Source of the DNA: a virus
Virus record (IMG/VR): IMGVR_UViG_3300009537_000052
Strand: one strand, 5' to 3'
Length of the DNA stretch: 42,060 bases
Positions 38,907 to 42,060 of the stretch are shown here, piece by piece. Position 1 is the first letter of the stretch. Every line of letters starts with the position of its first letter. Below the pieces are notes generated by a model. It searched no databases. It was given only the letters and a program-made list of their open reading frames with translations, and was not told the DNA's origin. The position numbers and the translations under genes were made by a program.

Positions 38907-41900
38907 GAGACCCTCCGCAGCGCCGACGAGGAGAGGTCAGCGGCCAGGCGGTCGAGAGTCCCCTGCTGCGCATCGACGCTCGAGCGCAGCTGGACCACCT
39001 CGTCGCGCAGGTCGTAGAGGGCGAGGAGCTGCTGATCGGACGTGTTGCCGAGCCGGAAGAGCTGCTCGTTCGTCGTCGCGCTCCCGCCCACCAGGGCGTT
39101 GAGCTGGTCGGCGCCAGGGAACACGGCCAGATTCGGCCCGGTCCCGTTGACCAGATCGACGCCCAGCAGCTGGTCGGTGATCGTCGCGACGAGCGAGAAG
39201 ATGTCGTCGTACTGCGTCGAACCCGCGAAGAACCCGCGGGCGAGCTCGAGGAGCTGCTGGGCCACTTCCGGGAAGCGCTGCAGCGCGTCGACGTCGCCGC
39301 CCAGGGCCGCGTTGGCAACCTCGTCGAAGAGCGATCGGGCGTTGACCAGCCGGGCCCGGTCGGTGAGCGGGGCCAGGTCGCTCGTCTGCAGGCTCTCCTG
39401 GAAGGCGCGGATGCCGGCCAGGTAGCGCTCGTTGAGCGCCTCGAGGGCCAGGTTGTAGGCCTCTGTCAGCTCCGCGGTGTCGCCGAACACATCCCGGAGC
39501 ACCTCGAAGTCGGCGTTGATCCGCGAGAGCTCCTGGGCGAAGGCCGAGGCCCCCTCTCCACCCTGCTGCGCAGCAAGGTAGAAGTCGAGCAGCTGCTCCT
39601 GGGCGAGCTCGAGCGCGTCGATCTGGCGCTGGGTCAGGTGCGTCGTTCTCGTCCCGTCGCGGTAGCCGCCGAGGAAGGACTCCAGCTGCTCGATGTAGGC
39701 CACGGCCTGAGACAGCTGGGATCCGCCCCCCATAAAGGAGCGGACGGAAGTCAGGAGCTGCTCGAAGTTGGTGATGAATTCCGAATAGCTCCCCGCGCCC
39801 GTGCCCGGCAGGGTGGGGGGGACAACGTCGCCTGGCTTCGGTGGGCCCTTCTCTTTGAACTCGCGCAAGAGGCGCTCATACTCGTCGACGATGTCGAGGT
39901 CGAGGCCGAACTTCTCCTCTGCGATCCGCAGCTCCGCGAGCTGCACCTGCATCTCGGCGACCTTGAGCTTGTATGAGAACTCCGCCGCCTCCTTGGTCCT
40001 CCCTAGAGCCTGGAGCAGGTATAGGACCGCGCTCTGAGCCTCCGCGGTGACGGTCTCCTGCGACTCCCTCCTCACAATGTGGGCAAGCCGACGACGATAG
40101 CCCTCCAGCTCCTCTTCCGAGATCAGGCCGGCCTCGAAGAGCGCCTGGAGCTCCTCACCGATCTCTTCCGCCTGGCGGCGCATGCCGTTGAGGCCGCGTA
40201 GCAAGTCGCTGTTCTGACCGAAGCCTCGTAGCCTTCCAAGTGCGTCGTCACGCATCTGCTCCTGCGCGGCCTGCTGCGCCTCGCCCAGCCCGGCCGTGAG
40301 CCGCGCGAGCACCTCGTCGGTGATCAGCCCCTGCTCGGCGAGGAGCGCCAGGGACTCCCGCCAGCCGTCGGTCTGCTCCGCGAGGGCGGCGACCTGAGCA
40401 GCGATGTCGTTCCCAGCGATGAAGCGCTCGACCTCGCCGACCACGCCGGCAGCGAGCCGCTCCAGGGCCGCACCCTCGGCCTCGGCAAGCGTCCCCAGGT
40501 GCTCGGCCAGCTCGGCGGCGCCGAAGCCGGCATCGGTGACGCGCTCGCGCAGCTCGGCGAATCGTTCGCGAGCCGCTTCGATCTCGCCCCCGAGCCCCTC
40601 GCGCAGCAGGCCCGACAGCTCGTCGCGCAGCTGCTCGCGCTCCTGCTGGGCGGCCTGCCGCTCCGCCTGGCGCTGCCCGCGGCGATCCCGGCGGCGGATG
40701 TCCGCGGGATCGATCGCCTCAGGCAGGCCCCCGAGGAGCTCGCGGATGGCGTCGATCTCGCGCTGGATGTCCGCTGGCAGCCCGGCCGGGTACAGGTCCT
40801 GTGGGCCGCCCCCCCGCGGCGTGATGTCAGTGGTCTCGTACCCGCCCCGGCTCCCCACCGCACGGTTCGCCTCGCTACGCCGCCTCGCGGCGCGCTCCTC
40901 CTGATCCGCCGCCACCTCTGCCGCCCGGGCGGACATCTCCAGGGCCGCCGCCAGGCGCGCGAGCTCCGCCGCGTACTCGCCGCGGATCCGCGCGAGCTCG
41001 GCGTTGAACTCCTCAGCGGCCGCGCGGCGCTCCTGGTACTCGTCGCGCTCAACGCCGACGATCTGGTCGCGGAGATCCTGGAGGTTGCCCACGAACTCCA
41101 TGACGGCCGGGAGCCCGCTTGCGCCGAGCTCCTCGAGCTGCTGTCGGAACGAATCGAACTGGTACTCGAGGTCGCGCAGCTCTCTCGTCGTCGGCTGCAG
41201 ATCGGCAGTCGAGATCTCGCGCAGATGCTCGAGGACCTCGAGCACGCCCTCGACGCCCCCGGCCGCATCCGCGTTCTCCAGGATGGAACGGACGTCGTCG
41301 GAGATCCCCCCCCACTCCGCGAACCGCAGAGACGTCGCGAGCACCCACCTGGTCGCCTCGTCCACCGAGCGGAAGACGCGCTCGTAGTGGGTGCCGGCGC
41401 TGTCCCAGACGTGCGCCCACACCTCGCCCTGCTTCTTGACGTTGATCTGGACCTTCGGCAGCGACGCGAGCACGCCGCCCGTCAGATGCTCCACCTCGCG
41501 GACCGTGTCCTGGATCGACCGCAGCGCCTCGGACAGAGCGTCGAACTGGTCCGCGACGGATGCGAAGATGTCCTCCCGCCCGCCCTCGAGCGTCAGGGAC
41601 CCGGTGGTGTAGTTCTGCTTCGCCTTCTCGGCCTGGACCCACGCGACGGCCGCGGCCATGATCCCCAGGGCGGCGCCGGCGCTGCTGTATCCACCGCCAC
41701 CGCCAATGTTGCCGCCGCTCTGCGTTGGCCCGTAGAGGCCCGACGACGACGCGGCGGCCATCGCCCCCTGATTGGCGATCCACGCCTGGAGCATCTCGCC
41801 GAGGTAGTCGATGAAGACGTCGAGGAGCCGGTTGAACAGGTTCTCGAACGACAGCTCCCCCGTGCGCACAATCTCCGAGAAGGTCTCGCGGAAGGCGCCA

Positions 41901-42060
41901 CCGATGCGTCCTGCGATGTCCCGCCCGGCCTCTTGCGCGATCAGGTCCGCCTCGGCCGCCCAGCGGTTCTGCTCCTCGATCGCCGTCCGTCGCACCTCGA
42001 TGAGGTTCTGGCGAATCGCCTCGACGCGCGCCGGGTCGATCAGGAACGGGAGGGGCTCGT
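38903..42060 (-). CDS. Tail tape measure protein, C-terminal part (the gene starts at 1294 across the junction; joined length 4353 nt, 1450 aa)
   Basis: The 1030-aa track ORF is Ala/Glu/Leu/Arg-rich coiled coil. The GTG listed at 41995 is internal, and the frame stays open to the window end. Confidence 0.9.
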   Translation of the reverse strand, partial: EPLPFLIDPARVEAIRQNLIEVRRTAIEEQNRWAAEADLIAQEAGRDIAGRIGGAFRETFSEIVRTGELSFENLFNRLLDVFIDYLGEMLQAWIANQGAMAAASSSGLYGPTQSGGNIGGGGGYSSAGAALGIMAAAVAWVQAEKAKQNYTTGSLTLEGGREDIFASVADQFDALSEALRSIQDTVREVEHLTGGVLASLPKVQINVKKQGEVWAHVWDSAGTHYERVFRSVDEATRWVLATSLRFAEWGGISDDVRSILENADAAGGVEGVLEVLEHLREISTADLQPTTRELRDLEYQFDSFRQQLEELGASGLPAVMEFVGNLQDLRDQIVGVERDEYQERRAAAEEFNAELARIRGEYAAELARLAAALEMSARAAEVAADQEERAARRRSEANRAVGSRGGYETTDITPRGGGPQDLYPAGLPADIQREIDAIRELLGGLPEAIDPADIRRRDRRGQRQAERQAAQQEREQLRDELSGLLREGLGGEIEAARERFAELRERVTDAGFGAAELAEHLGTLAEAEGAALERLAAGVVGEVERFIAGNDIAAQVAALAEQTDGWRESLALLAEQGLITDEVLARLTAGLGEAQQAAQEQMRDDALGRLRGFGQNSDLLRGLNGMRRQAEEIGEELQALFEAGLISEEELEGYRRRLAHIVRRESQETVTAEAQSAVLYLLQALGRTKEAAEFSYKLKVAEMQVQLAELRIAEEKFGLDLDIVDEYERLLREFKEKGPPKPGDVVPPTLPGTGAGSYSEFITNFEQLLTSVRSFMGGGSQLSQAVAYIEQLESFLGGYRDGTRTTHLTQRQIDALELAQEQLLDFYLAAQQGGEGASAFAQELSRINADFEVLRDVFGDTAELTEAYNLALEALNERYLAGIRAFQESLQTSDLAPLTDRARLVNARSLFDEVANAALGGDVDALQRFPEVAQQLLELARGFFAGSTQYDDIFSLVATITDQLLGVDLVNGTGPNLAVFPGADQLNALVGGSATTNEQLFRLGNTSDQQLLALYDLRDEVVQLRSSVDAQQGTLDRLAADLSSSALRRVS
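41962..42060. repeat. Terminal overlap copy 2 (identical to 1-99)
   Basis: Same as copy 1. Confidence 0.97.

Larger units (their letters stand above)
1..42060. mobile_element. Complete circular genome of a temperate HK97-fold long-tailed phage (unique length 41,961 bp)
   Basis: Full packaging, head, tail, lysis and lysogeny gene set in one window. Exact 99-nt end overlap. Integrase plus attP-like tRNA fragment. No sheath gene. Confidence 0.9.

Overview
The window is one complete, circular genome of a very GC-rich temperate tailed phage, cut open for display. It is HK97-fold and siphovirus-type: there is no sheath gene and the tape measure is very long. Bases 1-99 repeat exactly at 41962-42060, so the unique genome is 41,961 bp and the linearisation point cuts the tape-measure gene. 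There are three parts. (i) A single co-directional minus-strand array of about 36.6 kb starts at a Cro-like gene (ATG 27939). It runs through about 20 small early genes (Dam-type methyltransferase, patatin-like phospholipase, CII-like and XRE regulators, two secreted proteins). Replication and recombination follow (a replisome-organiser-like gene with internal iterons, a RuvC-type resolvase). Packaging is next (HNH, a Myb/SANT-HTH protein, P27-type TerS, TerL), then head genes (portal-MuF fusion, prohead protease, HK97 major capsid protein) and connectors. The tail genes are two tail-tube paralogues, G/GT chaperones with an A_AAA_AAC -1 frameshift site, the tape measure (across the junction) and distal tail proteins. 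A lysis cassette ends the array at 33302. (ii) A 4.8-kb plus-strand lysogeny/accessory array holds a CI-like repressor, a membrane protein, a four-gene translationally coupled operon of unknown function containing an RHH protein, a tyrosine integrase and two more unknowns. (iii) About 0.5 kb of non-coding DNA lies between the convergent ends and carries an attP-like 50-nt copy of the 3' part of a tRNA-Arg(CCU), flanked by 19-bp direct repeats. About 26 gene junctions are ATGA/GTGA 4-nt overlaps, which I used to choose starts. Many long Arg/Pro/Gly-rich ORFs in the track are off-frame or antisense shadows. I saw no rRNA, complete tRNA, CRISPR array, transposase or reverse transcriptase. All functional calls come from recognising motifs by eye and from gene order; no search was run.
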